DNA of 64,000 bases from a virus: the IMG/VR virus record IMGVR_UViG_3300017917_003859, positions 64,001 to 128,000 of that record. One strand, 5' to 3'. Position numbers and translations under genes: made by a program. Numbering within the stretch: the stretch's first letter is position 1; every line of letters begins with the position of its first letter. Below, piece by piece: positions 30,154 through 42,669 of the stretch. Under the pieces are notes generated by a model. It was given only the letters and a program-made list of their open reading frames with translations. It was not told where the DNA came from and searched no databases.

Positions 30154-30795
30154 ATGAAAAAATCACAACTTAGGCAAATAATTAAAGAAGAAATATTTAA
30201 AATATTAAATGAGAATATTTCTAAAATCATAGATAATTTTGAACAAGGACTAATGGTTTATATTATGGATGCATATCAACGATTAGACAATGATGAAGCT
30301 GAGTTATTAGAACTAAATGAATTATATGATTCTATAAATTGGTTTCTTAAAAATACCCCAGAAAAAGAGTTTATAGAATATGAAAAAGAAAATATGGAAT
30401 TTTTTATAAATAATAGATCTCAAATTGAACATTATTTAATAGATAATATAAATGAACCTATTAAAGTTCAATGGCCCGGATTACCAGATGTATTTTATTA
30501 TACTCCATTAGTAAAAAAGAATCAAATCTGGATTAAATTAGGGACTACCCCTAATTCAAAATTAGACCCCAAATATGATTACTACAACCCCAGTGAAGAT
30601 TTAGAGTTCCCTATACGAATTAAAAATAAAGATGATTTTGAAAAATATTCTAAAGAATTAGAGGTAAAAGGGTATTATTGGTATGGAGGAAAACCCCCAT
30701 CATCGTTTAACCCTGCAGAACAAACAAACGGAATAGAATATCCTTTTAAATTATTAAGAATAGATAAAAATTCAAAACAGTTAGGATATAATTAA
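30154..30795 (+). CDS. Leader-bearing hypothetical protein inserted between polB halves
   Basis: Start reassigned to ATG 30154: MKKSQLRQIIKEEIFKILNE; GATATTTATA at 30130. Confidence 0.75.
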   Translation: MKKSQLRQIIKEEIFKILNENISKIIDNFEQGLMVYIMDAYQRLDNDEAELLELNELYDSINWFLKNTPEKEFIEYEKENMEFFINNRSQIEHYLIDNINEPIKVQWPGLPDVFYYTPLVKKNQIWIKLGTTPNSKLDPKYDYYNPSEDLEFPIRIKNKDDFEKYSKELEVKGYYWYGGKPPSSFNPAEQTNGIEYPFKLLRIDKNSKQLGYN

Positions 30796-30819
30796 ACTAA
30801 AATCATTTTAATAAAAGTT

Positions 30820-31701
30820 ATGCAAAATATTATTATAAGCGACACAGATAGTTTATACATCTGTTTAGGCCCTATCTTAGAACATATGCGCTCTCAAGGT
30901 ATCGAAATCAACGACACTAACAAAAATGAGATCATATTAAAATTAGCAAACCAAATACAAGAAGAATCAAACGCTAATTTAGATTCAATTAGTAAAAATT
31001 TATACAACATCACCCCAGGCTCTCACTATTTCCAATTAAAACAAGAAGTAATATGTGCTGGTGTACTTACAACAGGTAAACGTCGTTATGCAATGTATGT
31101 TACTAATAAAGAAGGTGTACCTGTTGAGGAATTAGACATGAAAGGACTTGAATTAATGAAGTCCAACATGAATAAATTATTTAAAAAGTTTGGTGAAGAC
31201 TTAATTAAGAATGTATTGTTTGGTAAACCCAAAAATAAAATAGATAATTCAATAATTGAATTTTACAAATCACTTAAAACATTAGATCCAAGATCACTTG
31301 GTAAACCTACAGGAGTAAAACAAATAGAAGCATATTATGTTCCTGCTCGTGCTGGAGAAATGTTTAGTTCGTTTAAATTAAAAGCCCCAGCTAATACAAA
31401 AGCTGCTGTACGATATAATGATTTGCTTAAATTTAAAAAATTAGATAAAAAATATGAATCTATTATTGAAGGTGATAAAATATTTATTATTAATTTGAAG
31501 AAAAACCCATATAATTTAGAAACAATTGGTTTACCAAATGCTCAAGTACCTAAAGAAATAGAGGAATTTGTTAAAGCATATATTGATATTGAAGAAATAT
31601 TTGAATCATTGTTAGCAAATAAATTGAAGAATTTATATGATGATTTAAAATGGGAGTTTCCTCCTCTTAATTCAAATGTTGGAAAATTCTTTGCCTTTTA
31701 A
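30820..31701 (+). CDS. Family B DNA polymerase, C-terminal subunit (motif C and thumb)
   Basis: 'SDTDSLY', 'KRRYA', 'KGLE', 'GDKI'. Confidence 0.9.
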   Translation: MQNIIISDTDSLYICLGPILEHMRSQGIEINDTNKNEIILKLANQIQEESNANLDSISKNLYNITPGSHYFQLKQEVICAGVLTTGKRRYAMYVTNKEGVPVEELDMKGLELMKSNMNKLFKKFGEDLIKNVLFGKPKNKIDNSIIEFYKSLKTLDPRSLGKPTGVKQIEAYYVPARAGEMFSSFKLKAPANTKAAVRYNDLLKFKKLDKKYESIIEGDKIFIINLKKNPYNLETIGLPNAQVPKEIEEFVKAYIDIEEIFESLLANKLKNLYDDLKWEFPPLNSNVGKFFAF

Positions 31702-31729
31702 ATTAAATTATTTATATTAAATAAAAGTT

Positions 31730-32470
31730 ATGATACAAAAATTCGAATTACAAGCAATTATCAACAAATATTACCTAAATGGTTTAGTTGAATCTACTAA
31801 ATGGGATGTTAAAGATAATAAATTAAATATTAAATTTACTTCACCTACTAGAGAAATGGTTGGTGAATTAATATGTGATAAATTTCCATTAGAGAATTCA
31901 ACATTTGGTATTATAAATACTTCTCAACTACTTAAATTAATTAATATTACATCAGGAGATGTATTGTTAAGTTTTGTTAAAAATAATAAAATATTTTCAA
32001 AATTAGTAATATCTGATAATCAATTCACTACTTATTATACTTTAGCAGATATTTTAACTATACCTAAATCAGGAGAATATAATGGGCCTGATGAATTTGA
32101 TATAGAAGCAATATTGGATAAAGATATAATTAATTCTTTAATTAAAGCTAAAAATGCATTACCTGATAATTCTACAATGATTATTAGGCCATCTATGGGA
32201 TTAGATGGTGATTTTCAATTAGAATTAACATTTGGTGGAGATAATGAATATTCAAATAAAGTTTCTTATTTTCTTTCAAATTTTTCCAAACAAATTACCA
32301 ATTCAACATTTGAACTAGCATTCAACTCAGATTTATTTAAAGAAATATTATCTGCTAATAAAGACGTAGATGAAGCTAAGTTATTTATTAATTTACAAGG
32401 ATTAATTAAATTAGAATTTAAATCTAAAACAACAACAAATAAATATTATTTAGTTCAAAAAGAAATATAA
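31730..32470 (+). CDS. DNA sliding clamp (gp45/PCNA-like)
   Basis: 246 aa directly after polB, two-domain alternating beta/alpha pattern ending 'KYYLV'. Confidence 0.65.
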   Translation: MIQKFELQAIINKYYLNGLVESTKWDVKDNKLNIKFTSPTREMVGELICDKFPLENSTFGIINTSQLLKLINITSGDVLLSFVKNNKIFSKLVISDNQFTTYYTLADILTIPKSGEYNGPDEFDIEAILDKDIINSLIKAKNALPDNSTMIIRPSMGLDGDFQLELTFGGDNEYSNKVSYFLSNFSKQITNSTFELAFNSDLFKEILSANKDVDEAKLFINLQGLIKLEFKSKTTTNKYYLVQKEI

Positions 32471-32673
32471 TGTTAAATATAGTTAATCAATATATTGAAT
32501 ATCAAGGCTGTTTACATAAAATTTTACGAACAGTTAAAGAAAGCAGTAAACCAATCATAGATGATTGGAAAGAACATTTAAATGCTGATTTAGTATTAAA
32601 AAATGAAGGAATATTTTATTTTGTTCAAAAAATGGGAGAAGCTGAAATTATTGAAGAAGATAATAAAGCTTGA
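32470..32673 (+). CDS. Hypothetical protein
   Basis: ORF. Confidence 0.6.
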   Translation: MLNIVNQYIEYQGCLHKILRTVKESSKPIIDDWKEHLNADLVLKNEGIFYFVQKMGEAEIIEEDNKA

Positions 32674-32700
32674 TAAGTAAATTAAAATTTATTATATTTA
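32669..32700 (+). promoter_or_regulatory. Host-type promoter CTTGA-N19-TATATTTA
   Basis: Motif family, upstream of groES. Confidence 0.65.
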
Positions 32701-32731
32701 TTAAAGTAAAACAGTTATAAAAATAAAATTT

Positions 32732-33025
32732 ATGTCAAAATTAGAAGCAGTTTTTAATTCAATTATCGTTAAACCTCAAGAAGAGGAAGAAACAACCTAC
32801 GGCTCAATTGTAGTTCCAGATTTAGGCAAAGAAAAAGGACTACGTGGAACTATTATTTCAATAGGCCCTGGTTACTACTCAGCCACAGGAACATTTGTTA
32901 ATACTACTTTGGAAGAAGGACAGAAAGTAATTCTACCTCCAATAGGACCAGTTAAAATTGAACATGATGGTCAAGAATATTGGTCATGTCAAGAAAATCA
33001 AGTACTTGCAATCATTAATGATTAA
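32732..33025 (+). CDS. groES: Co-chaperonin GroES
   Basis: 'IIVKP.EEEETTYGSIVVPD', 'GTIISIGPG', 'QVLAII'. Confidence 0.9.
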   Translation: MSKLEAVFNSIIVKPQEEEETTYGSIVVPDLGKEKGLRGTIISIGPGYYSATGTFVNTTLEEGQKVILPPIGPVKIEHDGQEYWSCQENQVLAIIND

Positions 33026-33035
33026 TTAAAAATCG

Positions 33036-35453
<2,418 letters not shown>

Positions 35454-35454
<1 letters not shown>

Positions 35455-35702
35455 TGGAAATTAAAGAAAACTACATACTAATTGCCACCAGGCGTGCGCC
35501 TGGTGATAATTGGGTTTTAGTAGATGATGATAAACAAATTATTCATAAATCATTGACTGAAACATTAGAGGCTTATTTTCAAAAAACTCAAGCAAGATGT
35601 GATTTTAAACTTTCACCTTTGAAAGGTGAGTTATATATAATTACTACTGAAGAGGTAGCATCTCCTCCACCTAAGAAATTTAATTTATATGGGGATTACT
35701 AA
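35454..35702 (+). CDS. Hypothetical protein
   Basis: ORF. Confidence 0.6.
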
Positions 35703-35724
35703 TATTTATAGTAAATATTAACTC

Positions 35725-36162
35725 ATGAAAAAATCTGAATTACGCCAAATCATTAAAGAAGAAATACATAAAGTATTAAATGAAATAACATATATTGGAC
35801 CTGATGGAGAATTGATGGGAGATTTTACTTTAAATCAACTCCAATTAACCCCAGAAGTAAAAAAATATATAGATAAAATAGTAGAAGATGCTAAAAATGA
35901 TGGTGAATTTGAAAATTTAATTTCATTTGGCTATTTTGATACTGAATTACCTATTCATCTTCTTCAAAAATTTAATGGGGATATTATAGAAAAATTATTA
36001 GATGTCTCTCCTGAAGATTTAGAATACTTAGAATCAGCTATAGAAGATTTAGAGGATCCTGAAGATTTAGAAGATTTAGATATTGATGATGATATTAAAG
36101 AAAAATTATATACCTCCATTAGCGATAGAGTAAAAAGTTATATAGAATCTAAAATAGAATAA
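35725..36162 (+). CDS. Leader-bearing acidic protein (putative internal virion protein)
   Basis: MKKSELRQIIKEEIHKVLNE leader, AATATTTATA at 35701, very acidic body with EDL repeats. Confidence 0.7.
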   Translation: MKKSELRQIIKEEIHKVLNEITYIGPDGELMGDFTLNQLQLTPEVKKYIDKIVEDAKNDGEFENLISFGYFDTELPIHLLQKFNGDIIEKLLDVSPEDLEYLESAIEDLEDPEDLEDLDIDDDIKEKLYTSISDRVKSYIESKIE

Positions 36163-36165
36163 GTT

Positions 36166-36525
36166 ATGAAACTAGAATTAGAAAAACTTTACAAAGAATA
36201 TTGTGAAAGTGAATTAGAATCATTAAAGGGTGAAGATAAATTTATAGACATGATGTTAATGTTTGTAGAATTTAGATTATATGTAAGTGGTGGTAGTGAA
36301 TATGGTTGTACGGTAAGTATGACAACTGTAAATAATTTTTTAGATGAAATATTCTTATATGATAATATGATGGATGATTGGGGTGGGGCATATAGAGGAG
36401 AGTGTTGTTGGGAAAAGTATAGTTCTTTAAAAAGATTAGTGAATGAAAGTGAATTAAAAGAAAATATTAAAATTGAAATATTAGAAGGTTATAAGAAAGA
36501 AAATGGAATGGATGAAGAATTCTAG
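36166..36525 (+). CDS. Hypothetical protein
   Basis: ORF with AAGTTATG start; C-poor composition. Confidence 0.6.
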   Translation: MKLELEKLYKEYCESELESLKGEDKFIDMMLMFVEFRLYVSGGSEYGCTVSMTTVNNFLDEIFLYDNMMDDWGGAYRGECCWEKYSSLKRLVNESELKENIKIEILEGYKKENGMDEEF

Positions 36526-36526
36526 A

Positions 36527-36558
36527 TTTGGTTTTTTAAAAAAATTTTCATATATTAA
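36527..36558 (+). promoter_or_regulatory. Host-type promoter TTTGG-N19-TATATTAA
   Basis: Motif family, upstream of clamp loader. Confidence 0.7.
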
Positions 36559-36569
36559 AAATAAAAGTT

Positions 36570-37502
36570 ATGTCAAAAAGATTACACACTATTCTGAACG
36601 AAAAATATCGTCCTGATACTTTAGAAGGATATATTTGCAAAGATGAAATTAAAACTAAATTTGAGGAATTTATTAAACAACAAGATATTCCTCATCTTTT
36701 ATTTGCTGGTAAACCAGGTACTGGCAAGACCACAATTGCTAAAATATTAACTAAAAATATTGACTGTGATTTTATTTACATTAATGCGACTGATGAACGT
36801 TCAATAGAAGTGATGAGAGATAAAGTAGGAGCATTTGCTGCTGCTGGTTCATTTAAGCCACTTAAAATAGTAATTTTAGATGAAGCAACTCATATACTTC
36901 AAGCATCACAAGTAGTTCTATTAAACATGATAGAAACGTATAGTTTAACTACTCGTTTCATACTAACTGGTAACTACCCAGAACGACTTATACAACCGCT
37001 TAGAAGTAGATTACAAGAATTTGATTTAGTACCTCCAACTAAAAAAATAGTAGCTCAGCATATTGATGATATTTTAAATAAAGAAGGAATAGAACATACA
37101 CTTGAAGATATAGCAACTATCATTAAAAAATCATACCCTGATTTTCGTAAAATACTCAATAATTGTCAGTTAAATACTGTTAATAATAAATTGGTTTTAA
37201 CTAATTCAAATAATGATGATGATTATAAAGAAAACATTTTAAATGAACTTAAAACACCATCTACTAAATCATTTAATATTATTAGACAAATTATAGCAAA
37301 TGCTGATTTAGATAATTTTGATGATTTATATAAATTTTTATATGAAAAAATGAATGAATATTCTAAAGGTAATGAAGGTATAATAATTTGTACTTTAGAA
37401 GAATATCAATACCACTCAGTACTAGTTCTTGATAAAGAAATTAATATCATGGCTTGTATATCTAAAATATTAGAAACAATTTTAAATAAACGAATAATAT
37501 GA
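36570..37502 (+). CDS. Clamp loader ATPase subunit (T4 gp44 / RFC-like)
   Basis: 'EKYRP', 'GKPGTGKTT', 'ILDEA', 'LRSR'. Confidence 0.93.
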   Translation: MSKRLHTILNEKYRPDTLEGYICKDEIKTKFEEFIKQQDIPHLLFAGKPGTGKTTIAKILTKNIDCDFIYINATDERSIEVMRDKVGAFAAAGSFKPLKIVILDEATHILQASQVVLLNMIETYSLTTRFILTGNYPERLIQPLRSRLQEFDLVPPTKKIVAQHIDDILNKEGIEHTLEDIATIIKKSYPDFRKILNNCQLNTVNNKLVLTNSNNDDDYKENILNELKTPSTKSFNIIRQIIANADLDNFDDLYKFLYEKMNEYSKGNEGIIICTLEEYQYHSVLVLDKEINIMACISKILETILNKRII

Positions 37503-37666
37503 ACAACAACAAACACTTAACAATCGAAATTATTAGAACATTAGAATCTCTTTTACATAAAGAGTATCACCCAGATAATAGTATTATTACTAATCGTTTA
37601 GGATTTACTCCTAAACAAGAAGAAGAAATTAGAAATAAAATTTTATCACTAATTAAAACCCTATAA
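37499..37666 (+). CDS. Small hypothetical protein (55 aa)
   Basis: Not in track; ATGA overlap with clamp loader stop, MNNNKHL...IKTL. Confidence 0.55.
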   Translation: MNNNKHLTIEIIRTLESLLHKEYHPDNSIITNRLGFTPKQEEEIRNKILSLIKTL

Positions 37667-37671
37667 TATAA

Positions 37672-37917
37672 ATGAAAGAACAAATACAAATGAAAGTAGA
37701 TATTACTCAATCTACACCAATCAAATCCACAGACGGAAATCAAATATTTCAAGAAGCAGTAATACTTCGCAAAATCAGTAAATTTATTGCTGGTACAAGT
37801 GAAGATGCTGTTGTTCCAATTCCTGTATTCATCGATACAAAAACAGGAAAAATATTAATTGAAATGTTACCTAAAGAGCTTCGAGCAGAATATGAAGAGT
37901 ACAACAAAACAGCCTAA
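37672..37917 (+). CDS. Hypothetical protein
   Basis: ORF. Confidence 0.65.
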   Translation: MKEQIQMKVDITQSTPIKSTDGNQIFQEAVILRKISKFIAGTSEDAVVPIPVFIDTKTGKILIEMLPKELRAEYEEYNKTA

Positions 37918-38338
37918 ACAATTTTCAGTATTTGATTTTGTAAAAGCAATTATCGATACTAAACAATCGTGGGAATCATTTACTCCTGAACAGCAAAAAC
38001 AATTTAATAAATTTATGATTAATAAAATATTATCTATGAATCGTAAATATATTGATATTGTTAATTATGTTCAAAAATTAAATATAGAAAATAATAAAAA
38101 GGTATATGATGTGTATTGTTGGATGATTCCTCAATCAAAAAATACATATTCTCAATTTATTAAATCTGCTTCTAAAAAGTCTACTTCTGATGAATTACTT
38201 AATTATATTAAAGAATATTTTGAATGTTCATTAAAGGAAGCAGAAGAATATATCAAATTAATGGAAAACGAACATGTAATTGATATACTTACTAGTAGAG
38301 GAGCAGATGAAAAAGAAATTAAAAAATTATTAAAGTAA
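37892..38338 (+). CDS. Clamp loader small subunit (T4 gp62-like)
   Basis: 'FDFVKAI', 'FMINKILS', 'YFECSLKEAEEY'; near gp44; start reassigned. Confidence 0.7.
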   Translation: MKSTTKQPKQFSVFDFVKAIIDTKQSWESFTPEQQKQFNKFMINKILSMNRKYIDIVNYVQKLNIENNKKVYDVYCWMIPQSKNTYSQFIKSASKKSTSDELLNYIKEYFECSLKEAEEYIKLMENEHVIDILTSRGADEKEIKKLLK

Positions 38339-38685
38339 TGGCTGAAAAAGAAATGTCTGTTATTGAACAGTTAGAGAAAGAATACCCTACAATCGCTCAG
38401 GGGTATAAACAAATAATAAAAGAACAATATACTTTATTTGCAAAAAAGCACCTAGACTATGGAATGTCAAACATTGCAGCTGGTACTCAATTAGCAAATG
38501 ATGAAGAAAAAGATTTCGCGTTAACTGGGCTTTGGTATAGACTTTCAGATAAAGTAAACAGATGGAAAAATCTTATTATTACTAAACAAACAAGTAAAAA
38601 CGAACCATTAACTGATACATATCAAGACATTACTAATTATGGTATTATTGCTCAATTAGTAGAGAGAGGATTATGGAAAAAATAA
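38338..38685 (+). CDS. DUF1599 / nucleotide-modification-associated all-alpha protein
   Basis: 'KKHLDYG', 'RLSDKVNR', 'DTYQDITNY'. Confidence 0.7.
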   Translation: MAEKEMSVIEQLEKEYPTIAQGYKQIIKEQYTLFAKKHLDYGMSNIAAGTQLANDEEKDFALTGLWYRLSDKVNRWKNLIITKQTSKNEPLTDTYQDITNYGIIAQLVERGLWKK

Positions 38686-38686
38686 T

Positions 38687-39640
38687 ATGGCTAAAGATAA
38701 AATTCCATCTATAATAAAGAAAATCCAAAACCATAAACCTAAGGAAATAAACTACTCAATTCATAAAACTATTTCTTATTCTCAAATCTCAATGTATATG
38801 CAATGTCCTAAAAAATGGGCGCTGCAATATAAAGATGGCCATAAATTATTCACATCTAGTATTAATACAGTATTTGGAACTGCTATTCATGAAACTATAC
38901 AGCATTATATATCTGAATTGTATAACAAAAGTGGAGCAGAAGCAGACAGAATTGATTTAGAAGAATATTTCGAAAATAAATTTAGAGAAATATATTTAGA
39001 AGAATATAAATCAAACAAAAATACTCATTTTAGCAACTCAGAAGAGATGAGAGAATTTTTCGATGATGGGGTTGCAATATTAGATTTTATTAAGAAAAAA
39101 CGAAGTGAATATTTTGGTAAAAGAGGATGGCATTTGGTAGGTATTGAATTACCTATCATTTTATCACCAGATAAACGCTATAACAACATTTTATTCAATG
39201 GATATATTGATTTAGTGCTTTACCATGAACCAACAGAAAAATTCATTATTTACGATATTAAAACAAGTACTCGAGGGTGGGGTGATAGAGAAAAAAAAGA
39301 TGAATTGAAACAACTCCAAATATTAGTTTACAAAAATTATTTCAGTGAACAATTTGGAGTACCTAAAGAAAATATAGATGTGGAGTTTTTCATAGTAAAA
39401 CGTAAAATTTGGGAAGAGAGTGAGTTTCCTCAAAAAAGAATACAAATTTTTTCTCCGGCTAATGGTAAAACAAAAACCAATAAAGCTGTTACATTAGTAA
39501 CCCAATTTATAGAAGAAACATTTAATTTTGATGGAACCTATAAACAAACAGATTACCAAGCTAAACCGGATAAATACAATTGTACATATTGTCCTTTTAA
39601 AAATAAAAAAGAACTTTGCAATAAAGCAATTTTTTCCTAA
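38687..39640 (+). CDS. PD-(D/E)XK RecB/Cas4-like exonuclease
   Basis: 'SYSQ...CP', 'FGTAIH', 'GYIDLV...IYDIKT', 'Q..VY', 'CTYCPF...C'. Confidence 0.88.
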   Translation: MAKDKIPSIIKKIQNHKPKEINYSIHKTISYSQISMYMQCPKKWALQYKDGHKLFTSSINTVFGTAIHETIQHYISELYNKSGAEADRIDLEEYFENKFREIYLEEYKSNKNTHFSNSEEMREFFDDGVAILDFIKKKRSEYFGKRGWHLVGIELPIILSPDKRYNNILFNGYIDLVLYHEPTEKFIIYDIKTSTRGWGDREKKDELKQLQILVYKNYFSEQFGVPKENIDVEFFIVKRKIWEESEFPQKRIQIFSPANGKTKTNKAVTLVTQFIEETFNFDGTYKQTDYQAKPDKYNCTYCPFKNKKELCNKAIFS

Positions 39641-39671
39641 TTTTCTATATATTTATATATAAACATACGTT

Positions 39672-39860
39672 ATGGAAAACAATACAACATTAACCTCAGT
39701 AAAAGTAGATAAGGATCTATTTGAAACATTCAAAATAGAATGTGTAAAACGAAAATTTTCATTAAATAAACTTGTGAATCGAGCAATAGATTTATATCTT
39801 AATGATGAAAATTTTAGAAAACAAGTTGGTAATCACACTAACATAAAAATCCAAGATTAA
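39672..39860 (+). CDS. Ribbon-helix-helix DNA-binding protein
   Basis: 'TSVKVDKDLFETFK...SLNKLVNRAIDLYL'. Confidence 0.65.
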   Translation: MENNTTLTSVKVDKDLFETFKIECVKRKFSLNKLVNRAIDLYLNDENFRKQVGNHTNIKIQD

Positions 39861-39889
39861 TTATTAACAACAAAACAACAATTAGTTTT

Positions 39890-41341
39890 ATGAATTCAAG
39901 TTTTGCTTACTTACCTCCCAAAGAGAGGAAAAAAATCCTTCTAATATGTGATGACCTCAGAGCATATTCAGGAGTAGCAACAGTAGCTAAAGAAATTGTA
40001 TTAGGAACAGCTCAACATTTCAATTGGGTAAATATTGCAGGAGCAATGAATCATCCTGATAAAGGGAAAAAATTTGATTTATCCCAAGATATTAACAATC
40101 ATACAAATATTACAGATTCTTCTGTGGTAATTTATCCTGTAGATGGTTATGGAGATACAATGTTTATTAGACAAATGATTCAATTAGAAAAACCAGATGC
40201 TGTATTTTTAATTACTGATCCTAGGTATTTTACTTGGTTATTTAATATTGAAAACGAAATTCGCAAACAAATTCCTATTATTTATTTAAATATTTGGGAT
40301 AGTCCATATCCATATCCTTTATGGAATAAAGTATTTTATGAATCATGTGATGCTTTATTGGCGATTTCTAAACAAACCAAAAATATCAATGAAGTTGTTT
40401 TAAATGAAAAAGCTAAATCAAAAATAATAAAATATGTTCCTCATGGATTAAATGATAAAACATTTTTCCCTATTGATCCTTCTTATGAAAAATATACTGA
40501 GTTTAAGAAATTTAAGTCAGATTTATTTAAAGGTAAAGAATATGATTTTGTGTTGTTTTTTAATTCTAGAAACATTCGTAGAAAACAAATTCCAGATACT
40601 TTACTAGCATTTAGAATGTTCTTAGATACATTACCTAAAGAACAAGCAGATAAATGTTGCATTTTATTACATACAGATTTAGTTAGTGAACATGGAACTG
40701 ATTTACCTGCAGTAACTAATTATTTATTTGATAAATATAGAAACAATATAATTTACCATACTCAAGGATTAGCTCCAGAACAAATGAATTGGCTATATAA
40801 TTGTTCAGATGGACAAATACTAATTACAGACAATGAAGGATGGGGATTAAGTTTAACTGAAGCCTTATTAGCTGGGAAGCCAATTATAGCAAATGTTCAA
40901 GGAGGAATGCAAGATCAGATGCGATTTGAAAATGAAAAAGGTGAATGGATTAATTTTAATTTAGATTTTCCTTCAAACCATAGAGGTACCTATAAAAAAC
41001 ATGGTAGTTGGGCTTTTCCAGTTTATCCAGCAAGTATTTCAATTCAAGGCTCTCCTCAAACCCCATACATAAGTGCTGATAGAGTTAAACCAGAAGAAGC
41101 TGCAGAACAAATATCTGCATTATATAATATTCCTAAAGATATTAGAAAACAAATAGGATTAGAGGGAAGAAAATGGGCTACAAGTGATGAAGCAGGTTTT
41201 ACAACTCAACATCAAGCAAAAAGAATAATTGAAGCTTTAGATGAATTGTTTGAAACTTGGGAACCTAGAGAAATTTATGAACTTATAAATGCAACAGAGT
41301 ATACTCCTGATGTAACTCGTGATCACAAATTAATTTATTAA
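39890..41341 (+). CDS. Glycosyltransferase (GT4/GT-B)
   Basis: 'SGVATV', 'PHG', 'RNIRRK', 'EGWGLSLTEA' (E-x7-E). Confidence 0.9.
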   Translation: MNSSFAYLPPKERKKILLICDDLRAYSGVATVAKEIVLGTAQHFNWVNIAGAMNHPDKGKKFDLSQDINNHTNITDSSVVIYPVDGYGDTMFIRQMIQLEKPDAVFLITDPRYFTWLFNIENEIRKQIPIIYLNIWDSPYPYPLWNKVFYESCDALLAISKQTKNINEVVLNEKAKSKIIKYVPHGLNDKTFFPIDPSYEKYTEFKKFKSDLFKGKEYDFVLFFNSRNIRRKQIPDTLLAFRMFLDTLPKEQADKCCILLHTDLVSEHGTDLPAVTNYLFDKYRNNIIYHTQGLAPEQMNWLYNCSDGQILITDNEGWGLSLTEALLAGKPIIANVQGGMQDQMRFENEKGEWINFNLDFPSNHRGTYKKHGSWAFPVYPASISIQGSPQTPYISADRVKPEEAAEQISALYNIPKDIRKQIGLEGRKWATSDEAGFTTQHQAKRIIEALDELFETWEPREIYELINATEYTPDVTRDHKLIY

Positions 41342-41352
41342 AAATAAAATCT

Positions 41353-42669
41353 ATGAATAAACCGTTATTTGTAATTAGTTGTGCCATCGACACATATAGT
41401 GGCTATGGGGCACGTTCTCGTGATATAGTAAAATCCATTATTGAATTAAAAAAAGATGAATGGGATATTAAAATAATGCCTCAACGTTGGGGTGACTGTA
41501 GTTGGGGTTTTATACAAGATAATCCTGAATGGGAATTCTTAACACAATATTTCCTTAATACTCCACAGTTAAATCAACAACCAGATATTTGGGCTCAAAT
41601 TACAGTGCCTAATGAATTTCAACCTATTGGAAAATACAATATAGGAATTACTGCGGGAATTGAAACCACAATTTGTGCCCCAGAATGGATTGAAGGAGTA
41701 AACCGAATGAATATTACTTGGGTTTCATCAAACCATTCCAAAAAAGTATTTGAAGATACTAAATATAATAAACAAGATCCTCAAGGTAGAAATGTAGGAG
41801 TAGTACAATTAGAAAAACCAATTGAGGTAGTATTTGAGGGAGCAGATCTAAATAAATATAAATTATTAAGTGATGTTAAGTCAAGTGAAATTGATTTATC
41901 ATCTATTAAAGAATCATTTTGTTATTTATTTGTAGGCCACTGGATTAATTTAAATTCTCCATTAGGTGAAGATAGAAAAAATGTAGGTTTATTAATTAAA
42001 GCATTCTTTGAAACATTTAAAAATAAACAAAATAAACCAGCATTAATTTTAAAAACATCAAGTGCTGTTAATTCATACATGGATAGGGATGCTATATTAA
42101 AAAACATACATGCTATTAAACAAACAGTAAACAGTACAAATTTACCTAATATTTATTTATTACATGGTGATTTTACTGATGCTGAAATGAATGAGCTTTA
42201 TAATAATATTAAAGTAAAAGCTATGGTTTCATTAACTAAAGGAGAAGGTTTTGGTCGTCCATTACTTGAATTTAGTTTAGTTAAAAAACCTATTGTTACT
42301 ACAAATTGGAGTGGACATATAGATTTCTTAAATAAAGCAAATGTTACTTTATTAGGTGGAGAATTAAAACCTGTGCACCCAGCAGTATCAAATCAATTTT
42401 TACTTAAAGAAAGTTCTTGGTTTAATGTAAATCCTGTAGAGGTTGGAGAAGCATTAATGGATGTTTATAAAAACTATGACAAATATCTACCAGGTGCTCG
42501 TAAACAAGGAGAACAAAATAAAGAGAAATTTAGTTTTGATGCGATGAAGCAAGTTGTAAAAGAACAATTAGCTAAAGTACCTGAGTTTCCAAAACAAATT
42601 CAATTAAAATTGCCCTCTCTTCGTAAAATTGAATTACCAAAACTTACTAAAATAGAAAACAATGATTAA
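41353..42669 (+). CDS. Glycosyltransferase (GT4/GT-B)
   Basis: 'SGYG', 'RKN', 'EGFGRPLLE'. Confidence 0.9.
   Translation: MNKPLFVISCAIDTYSGYGARSRDIVKSIIELKKDEWDIKIMPQRWGDCSWGFIQDNPEWEFLTQYFLNTPQLNQQPDIWAQITVPNEFQPIGKYNIGITAGIETTICAPEWIEGVNRMNITWVSSNHSKKVFEDTKYNKQDPQGRNVGVVQLEKPIEVVFEGADLNKYKLLSDVKSSEIDLSSIKESFCYLFVGHWINLNSPLGEDRKNVGLLIKAFFETFKNKQNKPALILKTSSAVNSYMDRDAILKNIHAIKQTVNSTNLPNIYLLHGDFTDAEMNELYNNIKVKAMVSLTKGEGFGRPLLEFSLVKKPIVTTNWSGHIDFLNKANVTLLGGELKPVHPAVSNQFLLKESSWFNVNPVEVGEALMDVYKNYDKYLPGARKQGEQNKEKFSFDAMKQVVKEQLAKVPEFPKQIQLKLPSLRKIELPKLTKIENND

Noticed and set aside
30132-30819. Group I intron or intein interrupting polB
   Set aside because: Part 1 has a stop codon, part 2 has its own typical start context, flanks are only about 22-24 nt of AT-rich sequence, and the inserted ORF has no endonuclease or intein motifs.
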